Assembly: GCF_030028105.1 (NCBI RefSeq)
Contig: NC_092371.1
Location: forward strand, 14,157,884-14,221,883
Direction: 5' to 3'
Length of the DNA stretch: 64,000 nucleotides
Origin: Mobula birostris
Taxonomy: Eukaryota
Numbering within the stretch: the stretch's first letter is position 1; each line of letters opens with the position of its first letter. A model generated the notes under the pieces. It ran no database searches. It was not told where the DNA came from and saw only the letters and a program-made list of their open reading frames with translations. A program made the position numbers and the translations under genes. Shown piece after piece: positions 1 through 10,895 of this stretch.

Positions 1-1700
1 CCCCTCATCCTTCTGAATTCCAGCAAGTACAGACCCAGAGCCTTCCACGTATGATAACCCTTTCATTCCTGGAATCATCATTGTGAACCTCCTGTGGATC
101 GTCTCCAATGACAGCACATCCTTTCTGAGATGAAGGGCCCGCGCTCTTGTATTCTAGACCGCTTGAAATAAATGCCAACGTAGCATTTGCCTTCCTCATC
201 ACCGACTCAAACTGAAAGTAAACTTCAGAATGTTCTGCTCAGGGACTTCCAAGTCCCTCTGCATCTCAGGTTCTTCGATTTTCCCACCGTTTAGAAAATA
301 GACCGCACGTTTATTTCTACTACCCAAAGAGCATGACAATGCATTTTGCAGTATTGTATTTCATTTGCTACTTTCTTGCCCATTCTCCTAACCTGACTAA
401 GTCCTTTTCTCAACACTACCTGTCCCTACACCAATCTTCTTACCATTTGCAAAATTGGCGACAAAGCCATCTATTCCATCAACTAAGTCACTTATGTACA
501 GCATAAAACGAAGTGTTCCCAACACCGACCCCTGCGGAACACCACTAGTCACTGGCAGCCAACCAGAAAAGGATTATTGTATTCCTACTCGCTGCCTCCG
601 ACAAATCAGCCAATGTTCTAACCATGTTACTAACTTTCCTGTAATACCATGGGCTCTTAACTTGGTTAGCAGCCTCATGTGTGGCACCTTGTTAAGGGTC
701 TTCTGAAAGTCCAAATATACAACATCTATTGCATCCCCTTTATCCTACTGGCAATCTCAAAGAATTCCAAGAGGTTCGTCAGGCAGGATTTTCCCTGAAG
801 GAACGGATACTGATTTTGTCCTATGTTGTCCTATGTCACCAAGTAGTCCATCACCTCATCCTTAACAATTGACTCTGACATCTTCTCAAACACTAAGGTC
901 AAGTTAACTAGTCTATAATTTCATTTCTGCTGCCTTCCTCCTTTCTTAAAGAGTGGAGTAAGATTTGAAATTTAACAGTCGTCTGGTACCATGTCAGAGT
1001 CCAATTATTTTTGAAAGATCATATTTCATGCCACCATAAACTCTAACACTTACCTGTTTCAGAACACTAGGGTGCAATTCCTCTGGTTCGGGTGACTGAT
1101 GTATATTTGGCACCTTCTCTCTTCCTTTACACACTACAACATCACTTACACTGCTTGCTTACTTGCTAGCTTGCTTTCATAATTCATCTTTTCCCTTCTA
1201 ATAATTCTTTTACGTTTCTCTCTGTAGGATTTTTAAAACTTTCCAATCCTTTATCTTCCCACTAATTTTTGCATTGTTGTATGCCCTTCCTTTTCTTTTT
1301 ACAATAGCTTTGGCTTTCCTTCTCAGCCATGCTTGCACTATTTTATCATTTGAGTATTTCTTCATTTTTGGAATACAAATGTCCTGCACCTTCTTCATTT
1401 CCCCCCAGAAACACATGTTATTGCTGGTCTCCCTGTTCCCCTCTCTATTGAGTTCCCTATCACTACCGCGCCTTTCTTCTCTCTCTTTTTCCCTTCGGCA
1501 CCACGGACCCATGCGAGGTGCCCGCAACCCGGTCGCTGTGGCATTCTTTCGGGTGGTCATCCTCCACAAAAGTATCCAAAGCGGTATACGTGTTTTTGAG
1601 GGCTATGGCTACAGGTGGCTCTGCTCTAACTGCCCATTTCCATTTCTCCTAACAGTCACACAGCTACTCGCCTCCTGCAACTTCGGGATGACTACTTCCC
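1..1700 (-). mobile_element. CR1-clade LINE remnant (RT C-terminus, inter-domain and ORF1 pieces)
   Basis: Minus-strand frames give CR1 motifs (GVPQGSVL-like, KFADDT-like, AWLRRKAK..IVKRK). Shared with 43480-46520. Confidence 0.8.
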
Positions 1701-2916
1701 TGTGACTTTGATCAATTATATCCCCGGTCTCTTCACATTAAGGAAGTGCCAGCTGATCATCCGGGAAACAGGGTTAGAAAACGTGATCGGCAAATCTCTT
1801 GGTTGAGCTCTTGGAAATCGTGTCATAACTTACGGAATGGATCGATTCGCAATCAGCGGACATGGTGCATGTTGATTATCAGCAGGCCGCCTGTGAAGTG
1901 AATCTCAAGAGTTGGCTTTAAAAAGAAATGCAGCTGTTCACAGTGTACATCCAAACAAATGGACAAGGGAACAAATTGTAATATTGCCATGTTTGTTGGT
2001 TATCAGGGTTATCAGGACTGTGCAGAGTGACTGAGTTGATGTTCACAGATCAGAACAGGCAGGGATACGAAATACCGAATAAAATGTGGAAAACTTGAGG
2101 TGATGTGCAGAAAAAATGTTCTAAATTGGAGTCTCTTTCAATGGCGAAAGGGTGAGGTCATGTGTGCAAGTTCATGTTGAAGTTTATTGCCAATTAACCA
2201 TACACATGTACACAAACGAAACACCTTTCCTCTGAGGCCAAGGTGAAAAACACAGTAGATAAAGCCATACACATTAGATACAGTAACGATCCAACACATG
2301 GAGTTAGAAAATAGACATTTGCTCAAGTGCCTGAGTGACATGGCCTGAAGATCGACCAGTTGACATAAAGTGTGAAGTGAATGTTCATGTAAGGCAAAAT
2401 AACGTTCATTTATCTATCTATTTATGCATGTATGTATTTATTTGTTTGTTTGTATTAAACAGTTTGACTTATTTGGCACATTGGCTGTTTGTTCGTCTTA
2501 GTATTTAGCTTTTCAGTGCTGCCATTGTATTCCTGATATGTACTTTGAATGCCCGCAAGTCAATGAAGCTTTGGCTTGTGTATGATGACTTACCTCACTT
2601 TGATAGTAAATTTAATTTGAAGTTTGAATTTTAAAATCCCAAGCCTGTGAACACGGACTAATTTAGATGTCTCGATTTAATCAATCCAGTGGTTTCTGAT
2701 CAGTGCCCCCCGCTCCCCACCCCCGGATGTCGATGGCGTAGTAAGGTCATGGAATGTCATGGGCTGGTGGTCAGATCCTTTCCTGTTGACAGAGCCCATT
2801 GCTGGAACTAATATAGTCAGACTGAAGTTTGCTCCTACCAGCCTTGTATGACTGTTTTCAGAGTCTTGTTCCATGCCTGAATATCTCACTGTCGGAAAAT
2901 TACATGAATGGGGTTT

Positions 2917-3030
2917 CAGATGAACGTTTTCGGACGTAAACGGCGACCGTCCATTGCCCTGCATAGATGCTGCCTGACTCGTTCAGTCCATCCAGCTCTT
3001 TCTGAGTTGCTCCAGATTCCAGCATCTGCA
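2917..3030 (+). mobile_element. Penelope-derived short repeat with decayed hammerhead motif (shared with 47700-47810)
   Basis: Contains GATGCTGCCTGAC...TCCAGC...GATTCCAGCATC, the same repeat body as at the Penelope element end at 35530-35630. Confidence 0.6.
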
Positions 3031-3686
3031 TCCGTTTGCATCACCGGTGCAATTATTGCTAAACATCCCTAATTCCGACCTAATGTTACCCGGAATGTTC
3101 ACTGCCGATTGGAGCACTCCTGATGCACTGCTGCGTTGATTGCGTTCCACTGCAACCCCTTTGCACAATGACTGACCCCAATGTCTGACGTTGAATGAAG
3201 TTCTGTCCAGGCCCGCTTTAGAGGCCACAGAGAAAAACACTTGTCGGTTGAGCGTTACGCATTTTAGCGACAAACTTTATGTTCCCATAAGCAGAGTGGC
3301 GACATGCTTTCTACAGGAATGATATAGGCAGATTGGAACCAATGCATTGTCAAGGCATTTTTGAGGTGGCACAGAGACCTTGTAGAAATTTGATGTGACC
3401 TTGAAATGCTTTGTTCTCATTAGCCATTCTGATCAGAGACGAGGGGTCGGGAGCCAACACCACCCACACCTATTGTTCCAGGGGGAAGCAGCCGAAACAA
3501 TGTCTGAAATAAGTTTAGCCTGAGCATTCTCCAAGGCTCTACCGGCCTGAATATGTGCTACAACTGAAGATAAAACATTTGAAATTCGGGGTTAAAGTTT
3601 TAAAAATCAGCAAGGTGGCCATTCAAAATTTCCGAAGGTCAGTTTGTCTATCTCCGCCCACATTCTTTCTCTGGCACCGAATACTC

Positions 3687-3707
3687 ATTTACATTCCAAT
3701 TAATAAA
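3687..3707 (+). promoter_or_regulatory. V promoter of cluster 1: variant octamer ATTTACAT + 5 nt + TTAATAAA, GC box upstream
   Basis: ATTTACAT at 3687-3694 is one mismatch from the Ig octamer ATTTGCAT. The arrangement is identical in copy 2 (49186-49206), and CTCCGCCCAC lies upstream in both. Confidence 0.55.
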
Positions 3708-3825
3708 CGGACCCGAAGACCCCAGTTTGTTGGCTCTGAAAGCGGACGGGTTCCCGAAGTGTGCAGAACAACGCATGGTTCGGTCGGAATTTTTGGGCGC
3801 TCGCTGTCTGCACCTGTTCGGGGGA

Positions 3826-3874
3826 ATGTCCCCAGCGCTGCACCTCCTGTGGGTTCTGCTGATTCATTTACCAG
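3826..3874 (+). pseudogene. Leader exon, cluster 1 (MSPALHLLWVLLIHLP, phase-1 donor)
   Basis: ATG at 3826, hydrophobic signal peptide, CCAG|GTGAGA donor. An in-frame upstream ATG lies at 3775. Confidence 0.9.
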
Positions 3875-3981
3875 GTGAGAGTCGGATCGGTTTACGCACG
3901 GATTATCCGTTAAAATTGGGATTACTGCTGATTTTTATTTTGCTCCAAGTCACCCAGTGGTTTTATTGTGTTTTATTTTAG

Positions 3982-4335
3982 ATATCCACGCGGCCCCAGT
4001 GCTCAGTCAGACCTCAATGTCTGGACCTGTTTCCGCGGGACAAACCGTCCGTTTAGAGTGTCGGATTCAGAACGGTAATGTTGCAAGTTACGAGATGTAC
4101 TGGTTACGATAGCGTCCCGGGGAGAGACCGGAGAAGCTGGTAGAACATCAGACGGATAATGATATATACCGAGGACCAGGGATCACAAACCGTTTTCAAC
4201 CGTCCAGAGACTCCTCCAGCAACAGTCACATCCTAACCATCAGCAGTTTGGAACCCCGGGATTCCGCCGTCTATTACTGTGGAGCGTGGGATAATGGAGT
4301 TATCTTCGGTCCAGGCACCATCCTGGATATTAAGA
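3982..4335 (+). pseudogene. Fused VJ exon, cluster 1
   Basis: TTTTAG acceptor. Translation DIHAAPVLSQ...LEC...MYWLR*RPG...DSAVYYCGAWDNGVIFGPGTILDIK has Cys23, Trp41, YYC and FGxG in one frame, with no heptamer/nonamer between V and J. Confidence 0.93.
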
Positions 4336-6026
4336 ATAAGTGGATTCCTCATTCTGTTACAAACAATTCCTACTGCAGCCACTCTCATGCCCCACAGCTG
4401 GATAAAGTCCCGGCCAAGGGGGGCAGGTAGCATCTGTCTCAGTCTGGCATAAGGGCCGTTCAGCCCATCGAGTCAGCCCCAACAATCAAATTAATGACAG
4501 CTTGACTTGTGAACAAATTTTTTGTTGGACACTTTTGATCTACTTCAGTCGGTGTAGCAGAATTCAATACTTTCCGACATCCCTTCTCTTTAACACAATA
4601 GGCTCCGTGCATTGCATTATTAGTATTGGTTTACTTTTGCTACTTTTCACAAAATACAATGAAAAATTTGTTTTGCATACTGTCCGTAAAGATCACGTGA
4701 TGACGGTGCATTGAGTTAAGCACAGCTTAATGCAGAATAAAAGTTAACAGCCACAGAGGAAGTGCAGTGCAGGCAGATAAGTTGCAAGATCATAAGGAGG
4801 TAGATTGTGAGGTCAATCGTCCATTTTATCGTACCAGAGAACCATTTAATAGTCTTATTACAGCGGCCCCTCTATGATGTCAACTTAAACCAATCCCTGC
4901 TGTCTACAGATACTCCATATCCCTCGATTCTCAACACACTCATGTCTCCGTCTAACAGCTTCTTAAACGTCCCTGTCGTATCTGCCTCCTCCAGCTCATG
5001 CAACCATCACTCTGTATAGAAAGTAAAAAATCACCGAACTTCTTTAATTTTTTCTCTTCTCGGCTTAGCTTTCTGCCCGGGGGGAAAAATCTTGACTGTC
5101 GATCCTATCGCTATCTCACATACTGTCTTGACTGATGTTCACACCTAATTTTGTGTCCCTACCACAAGCATGACATTTACCCTTCCCTCTTCATTCACCA
5201 TCTCTGAACATGTTTGTCGCGAATATTTCATAATTTTTCTGGGTGCTGTAAATCCTGGACCAAAGGACAGGATATTGACCGCTTCAAGTTAACGCAATTC
5301 TTAGTTTCTGATTAAGATCCGCGTCATTATGATTGTAGAAAACACAGGAGAAAAACGTTAGACTTAAAATAACACACACAAGGGGAAGGTGCTGGGCAGA
5401 CAACAGACTGGTCACAGAGTGGAGAGGCAATAGGCGGGTTAGTACCGATTCGGAATTAAATGTGGATCTGAAAGAGTCGTTTCGCCTTTTCCCGCTTCTC
5501 TCCGCTTCACAGACCAGCTCTTTTTCCCATCATTTCCTCTTCAGCCACTGGGTACCGAGTCTTGGATATCCACTGAGCTGTCCCGACCTCTTGGCATCCC
5601 AAAGAGCCTTCTTTCTATCATTATCTGAAAGTGTAATATTCTCAGTTATTGTCCTAAGGGTTCAAGATTTGTGGAGTTATTGGAGAAGAACAAGGAACTG
5701 GTGTCACAAGAGGGACCAATCATATGGGCAATGTGTGGGCAATTAGAGAAGAGATTGTGTACTGTTGAAGTTCTCTTTTAACACAATGCAGTACCGAGAG
5801 CAGAGTGGATTCAAAAACATCTCTCTTAAATAAATGATGTCACGTCGTAGCCGCGCAAGGCTGCGAATAATCTGGGCAACTCTTCATTCAAAGCTTTGTA
5901 CCCGAGGGGTCAAATGCGCCGTTTACTGTGTCCCAACGACTGTGTTAATTTCGGCCCTGGCGTTTCTATCTTTGAATAGTCCATGAAATAATGTTTCTAT
6001 TCCCCTTCGTCTCCTCTCTCACACAG

Positions 6027-6350
6027 GTAGCGATTCCCGGGAGCCCTCAGTTCTTCTGCTCTCTCCCTCTCGGGAGGAGATCGGCACGGGTTCGGCCACT
6101 CTGTCCTGTCTGGTGAGTGGTTTTAAGCCGGGCTTGGTAGCGCTGCGCTGGACCGTGGATGGAGTCGAGACGAAGAGCGGGGTGACGACAGGTGCCGTAG
6201 CCCTGGACACCGACCAGACCTACAGGCTGAGCAGTTACCTGCGAGTAACCACCGCTGCCTGGAACAAGGAATTATTCCTGCAGCGTGAGCCACAGCTCGC
6301 TGAGCTCGCCACTGCGCAACACCATCTCTTCGTCCGCCTGTGCGCAGTGA
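6027..6350 (+). pseudogene. C exon (C1-set Ig domain), cluster 1, frameshifted
   Basis: CACAG acceptor. Reads SDSREPSVLLL...ATLSCLVSGFKPG...W...SSYLRV...WNK, then shifts frame at 6269-6272. The homologous TGA is at 6348-6350. Length 324 nt versus 329 nt in copy 2. Confidence 0.92.
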
Positions 6351-6640
6351 GAGTGTGTTGGTTGGCAGCAGACGCGGATTTTTTTTTCTTGTTTAATGGA
6401 GTGAAGCAATCATTGGGTCTGTGCAGCAGCCCATTGCAATGTACTTGTGTAGTAATGTTCGGTTATGGAAACAATCGGGATGTTTAAAAATTTCAGAACA
6501 GTTGGCAACAATAATCCATCTATCGCGAAGAATAATTTTGTGTAGAATTGTCCCCACTGTGCTGTGTCTGAACTACTGCACTGTCTAGATTCAGGAGCGA
6601 TCTCCCCTGCTGTGATTGGAATTTGTGTAACACATCTCAA

Positions 6641-6646
6641 AATAAA
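6641..6646 (+). terminator. Polyadenylation signal AATAAA, cluster 1
   Basis: About 290 nt after the C stop position, at the homologous position to copy 2 (51923-51928). Confidence 0.65.
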
Positions 6647-6941
6647 AGTGGAAACAATGGTAGATTTATCGTGTCTTGCATATACTGGGCAGCTGGAAGT
6701 ATGTTGTCATGAATGGTCGTGGACAACATGCCGTATAGGAGCCTCAATCAGAATTACAGTTCAATGGACTCCGACATCTTAATCCGCTTACTTCTCTCTG
6801 TGTCCTGAGCATTCTTTGTCCGTCGCACTCACCCCCGCATTCACCGGAACCTTCTATTCCTCGTCGTCCTGCACTTACAACCATCCCTGTGGGAGGGAGA
6901 GCAACATTCTCCCAGTCTTTTGGCCAATGTCTTACCATCAT

Positions 6942-7020
6942 TGGGAGTGTTACACTGTAGGGATGATTCCCCGTGACGTGACCATTCTCTCCATCGATTC
7001 CGTTAGTTCCTGAATGAAGG
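6942..7020 (+). promoter_or_regulatory. Conserved non-coding island 3' of C (kB-like + CRE-like), candidate 3' enhancer
   Basis: 77/79 nt identical to 52227-52305 while the adjacent upstream flank is about 80% identical. Contains GGGATGATTCCCC followed directly by GTGACGTGAC. Confidence 0.4.
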
Positions 7021-8159
7021 CCATCGGCCTCACTTCCCGCCCTGACACCACCGTCACCACCCGCCACACCCGCACACTAGCTTCTGTAACTCATAGCTAT
7101 CTTCAAAGTTTAAAGTAAATTTGTTGTCAAAGTTTGTATACGTCTTCATATGCGATCCTGAGTTTCATGTTCTTACAGATATTCACAGTAGACTAAAAAG
7201 GTAGAATAGATGGAATGAAAAACTACACGCAAAGACTGCAAAGCACAAAGACAAATAATCGTAAATAAATAAATAGATAGATTGAAAGAGAGATGGATAA
7301 ATAAATAAATAAATAAATAAATATAACACATGAATAGATAAACCAATTAAGCTCAATCAATCATAAATAGATAAACAAACGTATAAAGGTATAATGGATA
7401 AATACATAAAGAATACTGAGGACATGAGGTTGAAAGTGAGTCTATAGATCGTGAAATCAGTTCAGAGATGTGGTGATTAAAGTCATCCACTTTGGTTCAG
7501 GGGTTGATGGTTGAACTCTTCCTGAAACTTGTCGTGCTGGATCTAAGACTGTAATTGCAGATGGGAGAGAGTTGCTGCAGCGCAAAACATGTGTAAGATG
7601 ACTTTAGAGACCCGTTACCTTTAAGTTATACCTTGCTTGACCAATAACGTGGTCTTTCTGGAGGGTGCGACTGATAAGACAACTGCGAGTTTTAGTTCCT
7701 TATACACACAACGAATTCAGTAACAATTCAAACAAGTTATTTACTGTTGCCTGACCTGCTGATTTCTTCTAGAATTTGGTGTAGAAATCTGACGTCTTGA
7801 TTAGTGAGTTTTTTTTATGTTGGTTGGCTGGTGCCAACCTGTGCCTGGACTTCCACTGACCAATTATGACCATACTAATCACTCTATTTATGGACAATAC
7901 AGAGCAACATGAGCTACAATAGAGGAAATAAATCCTGTCCACAAGATAGATATCCAATGAGCAATCGGGCAGTTGAAGCCTGCTCTTGGTTTACTGGAAC
8001 AATTAACATTTTTAACGTTTTAAAATATCTTTGAAAATACAGGGACTGTCAATCGCATTATAAGACACTAAAAAGAGAAAAAAATCAATTGACGTAAAGA
8101 TAACACATTAAATATTACAAAATTAGCTTTATTTGTCATACATAGAAAGAAACATACAG

Positions 8160-9010
8160 CGCTGTGTGGCACCTTATCAAACGCCTTCTGTAAATTCAAG
8201 TAAATGACGTCCACTGCCTCTCTTTTGTCCACACTGTTCGTTACTTCCTCGAAGAACTAAAAGAGCAGTGCAAGATTTCCTTTTGTGGAAACTATGCTGA
8301 TTTTAACTTAGTTTATCATTAGTCTCCAAGTATCCCGAAACCTCATCCTTACTAATAGACTCCAACAATGCCGAAACACTGAGGTTAGGCTAACGGGCAT
8401 GCAATTTCATTTCCGAAAGAGTGAAGTAAATCAGTAATTTTGTAGTCCTCCGTGACCATGCCAAAATGTAGTGATTCTTGATAAATCATGACCAATGCGT
8501 CCGTTAGCTCTTCAGTAACCTCACTCAGCCACCTTAAGACCCTTCAGTTGGCTAGCACTTTTTGCTTTGTCATAGCCGTAACGTTCACTCCTGCTGCCTA
8601 ACACTCGCAGACCTTTGGCATACTGCTAGTGTCATCCACTGTGCAGACAAATGCAATGTACCCATTAAGATCATCTGCCAGTTCTTTATCCCCCCATTAC
8701 TAAGTCACCATCATTATTTTCCAGTGGTCCAATATCAACTCTCACCTCCCTTTCACTATGCATGTAACTGCTGATTATTCCTTATCACGTTATGCCTCTC
8801 TAAATTTTCATAAACCCTGCCTTTCCGGATCTTGTCCATCAACTTAACGACCGCTGAAGTAAGACTTACTGGTCCATAATTTCCTGGGCTATCTCTACTC
8901 CGTTTCTTGAATAATGGAATAACATCCGCAACCCTCCAATCCTCCAGAACCTCTCCCGTCCCCATTGATGATGCAAAGATCACCGCCAAAAGGTCAGCAA
9001 TCTCTATGCA
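8160..9010 (-). mobile_element. CR1 RT fragments
   Basis: Minus ORF 8756-8989 reads EDWRVADVIPLFKK...PGNYGPVSLTS. Confidence 0.75.
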
Positions 9011-9149
9011 TCCATTCTGAAAATGTTGGAAACGATGCGATGAGACGGTCTTGCATTTCCATAGCTCCTTTCATGCTCTGGATGCTGCCCAGAGACTTTT
9101 CCTTCCCAATGCGTTTTCTGAGAAGTGCCAGTCAATGGCAAGATTATGA

Positions 9150-9620
9150 CTGAGTGACTGTTAGGAGAAAGATAAATGTGAATAGACAGTTAGCACAGAG
9201 CACCCCTTTGTTAATTCCCCTAACAATAAGTATACCGATTAGAATACTGTTGTGGAGATCACCTCCCAGGAGAACCACGGAGACCGGGCTATTGGCATTG
9301 AGCATGCATCCATGGTCCAGAAGGGAAAGAGGAAGAGGAGGGGATCGGAAGTGGCAGGGGACTCAATGGTCAGAGGAAAAGACAGGAGATTCAGTGGACG
9401 TGAATGGGACACCCGCATGGTATGTTGCGTCTCAGGTGCCAGAGTCAGGGACGTGTCAAATCGCGCCTACAAAAATTTTGGAGATGAAGGGAGAGCAGCC
9501 AGTCGTCTTGGTACATATGGTACGAATGACATAGGAAAGAAAAGCGGAGAGGTTCTGAGAATTAAGTAAGAGAATTTAGAGAGAGGGGCCTAATTTCTGG
9601 ATTGCTGCCTGTGCATCTGG
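9150..9620 (+). mobile_element. CR1 ORF1 (esterase-like domain) fragment
   Basis: GDSMVRGKDRRF...RMVCC..GARV..GTNDIG motif, typical of fish CR1 ORF1. Confidence 0.7.
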
Positions 9621-9689
9621 AGGAGGAGGTATGACCTGTTCAGAATAATAATGCGAGCTGGCTTAATGAATAGCGCCCGGTAGCACTTA

Positions 9690-10764
9690 CATCTACAGTG
9701 ATGAAATACTTGAACAGCTTGGCCATGACTAGCCTGAACTCCTGCCTCAGCAAGGACCTGAACCCATTGCAATTGGCCGATAGCTGCAACAGCTCAACTG
9801 CAGATGCAATCTCAATGGCTCTTCACGAAGTTTTAGACTATCTGGCCAGCATCCTCTGTACTTCCCTCTGCAATTAGATCCCCGACATCCTAACCGGAAG
9901 ACAATGATCATTGCAAATTGATGATGGCATCATCTCTTCGCTGACGATCAACACTGGTGCACCTCAGGGGTGTGTACTAACCTCACCGCTCTACTCTCTA
10001 TATGCCCATGGTCGTGTGGCTATGCATAGCTGAACTAACATTTGCTGATGATACAACCACTGTTGGCAGAATCTCAGCTGGTGAAGTGAGGGCAGACAGG
10101 AGTGAGATATGCCAACCAGTGGAGAGGTGTCGGAGCAAAAACCTGGCATTGAACGTCAGTAAGACGAAAGAGCTAATTGTGGACTTCCGGAAGGGTAAGG
10201 CGATGAAACACATACCAATCCTCACAGAGGGATCAGAAGTGGAGAGAATGAGCAGTTTCAAGTTCCTGGGTGTCAAGATTTCTGAGGACCGAACCTGGTC
10301 CCAACATATTATTGTAGCTATTAATATTAAAGAAGGCAAGACAGAGGTTATGCTTCATTGTGAGTTTAAAGAGATTTGGTATGCCAACAAATACCCTCAA
10401 AAACTTCGATAGATGTACCCTGGACATGCACTTTGCTCACTGTTACCCTCGGATAGGAGATACAAAAGCCTGAAGGCGTACACTCAGCAATTCAAAACAT
10501 CTTCTTCCCCTCTGCCATCCCATTCTTAAATGGACATTGATCCCTTGGACACTACCTGAAATATTAATATATACTATTTCTGTTCCTTTGCACTATTTTT
10601 AATCTATTCAACACAGGAATACTGTAATTGATTTAGCTATTATTATGGTTATTTTATTCTTATTAGTTTTTCCAATATTATGTATTGCATTGAACTGCTG
10701 TAGCTAAGTTAAAAATTTTCACATCACATACCGGTGATAATAATTCTGATTCTGATTCTGACTC
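9690..10764 (+). mobile_element. Rex1/Babar-type LINE 3' fragment
   Basis: TGAPQGCVL, FADDTT.VGRIS and NLALNVSKTKELIVDFRK motifs. Ends in an (ATTCTG)n tail at about 10742-10764. Confidence 0.75.
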
Positions 10765-10895
10765 AAAAGTGATGGGTTGCACGTCAACACAAGGGGGACC
10801 AATATTCTCGCCAGCAGATTTGTTAGAGTGCTGGTGGGGGGGGGGTTGTTGTTGAGAGGGGAGGGGAAGGTGGCAATCGAAGTGAAGGGACCCAG

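Larger units (their letters stand above)
3826..6350 (+). pseudogene. Ig light chain cluster 1, sigma-cart (type I/NS5) isotype, germline-joined VJ, pseudogene (L 3826-3874, VJ 3982-4335, C 6027-6350)
   Basis: Same exon layout and exon lengths as the intact copy at 49326-51635. Three lesions: TAG at 4110-4112 (CAG in copy 2), J donor ATAAGT at 4336 (GTAAGT in copy 2), and GGCTCGAGC replaced by GAAT at 6269-6272 (net -5 nt) in C. Confidence 0.93.
1..8163 (+). repeat. Segmental duplication unit A (homologous to ~43861-53358)
   Basis: Colinear similarity runs from window start through the shared CR1, the upstream region, L-VJ-C and the 3' flank. It ends at ACATACAGCGC (about 8163 and 53358). The left end extends beyond the window. 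Confidence 0.9.

Noticed and set aside
4692-4701. Palindrome ATCACGTGAT in both J-C introns (also 50000-50009) as a USF/TFE3 site
   Set aside because: It is embedded in what looks like a common LINE 3'-end repeat inserted before the duplication, and conservation is no higher than its surroundings.
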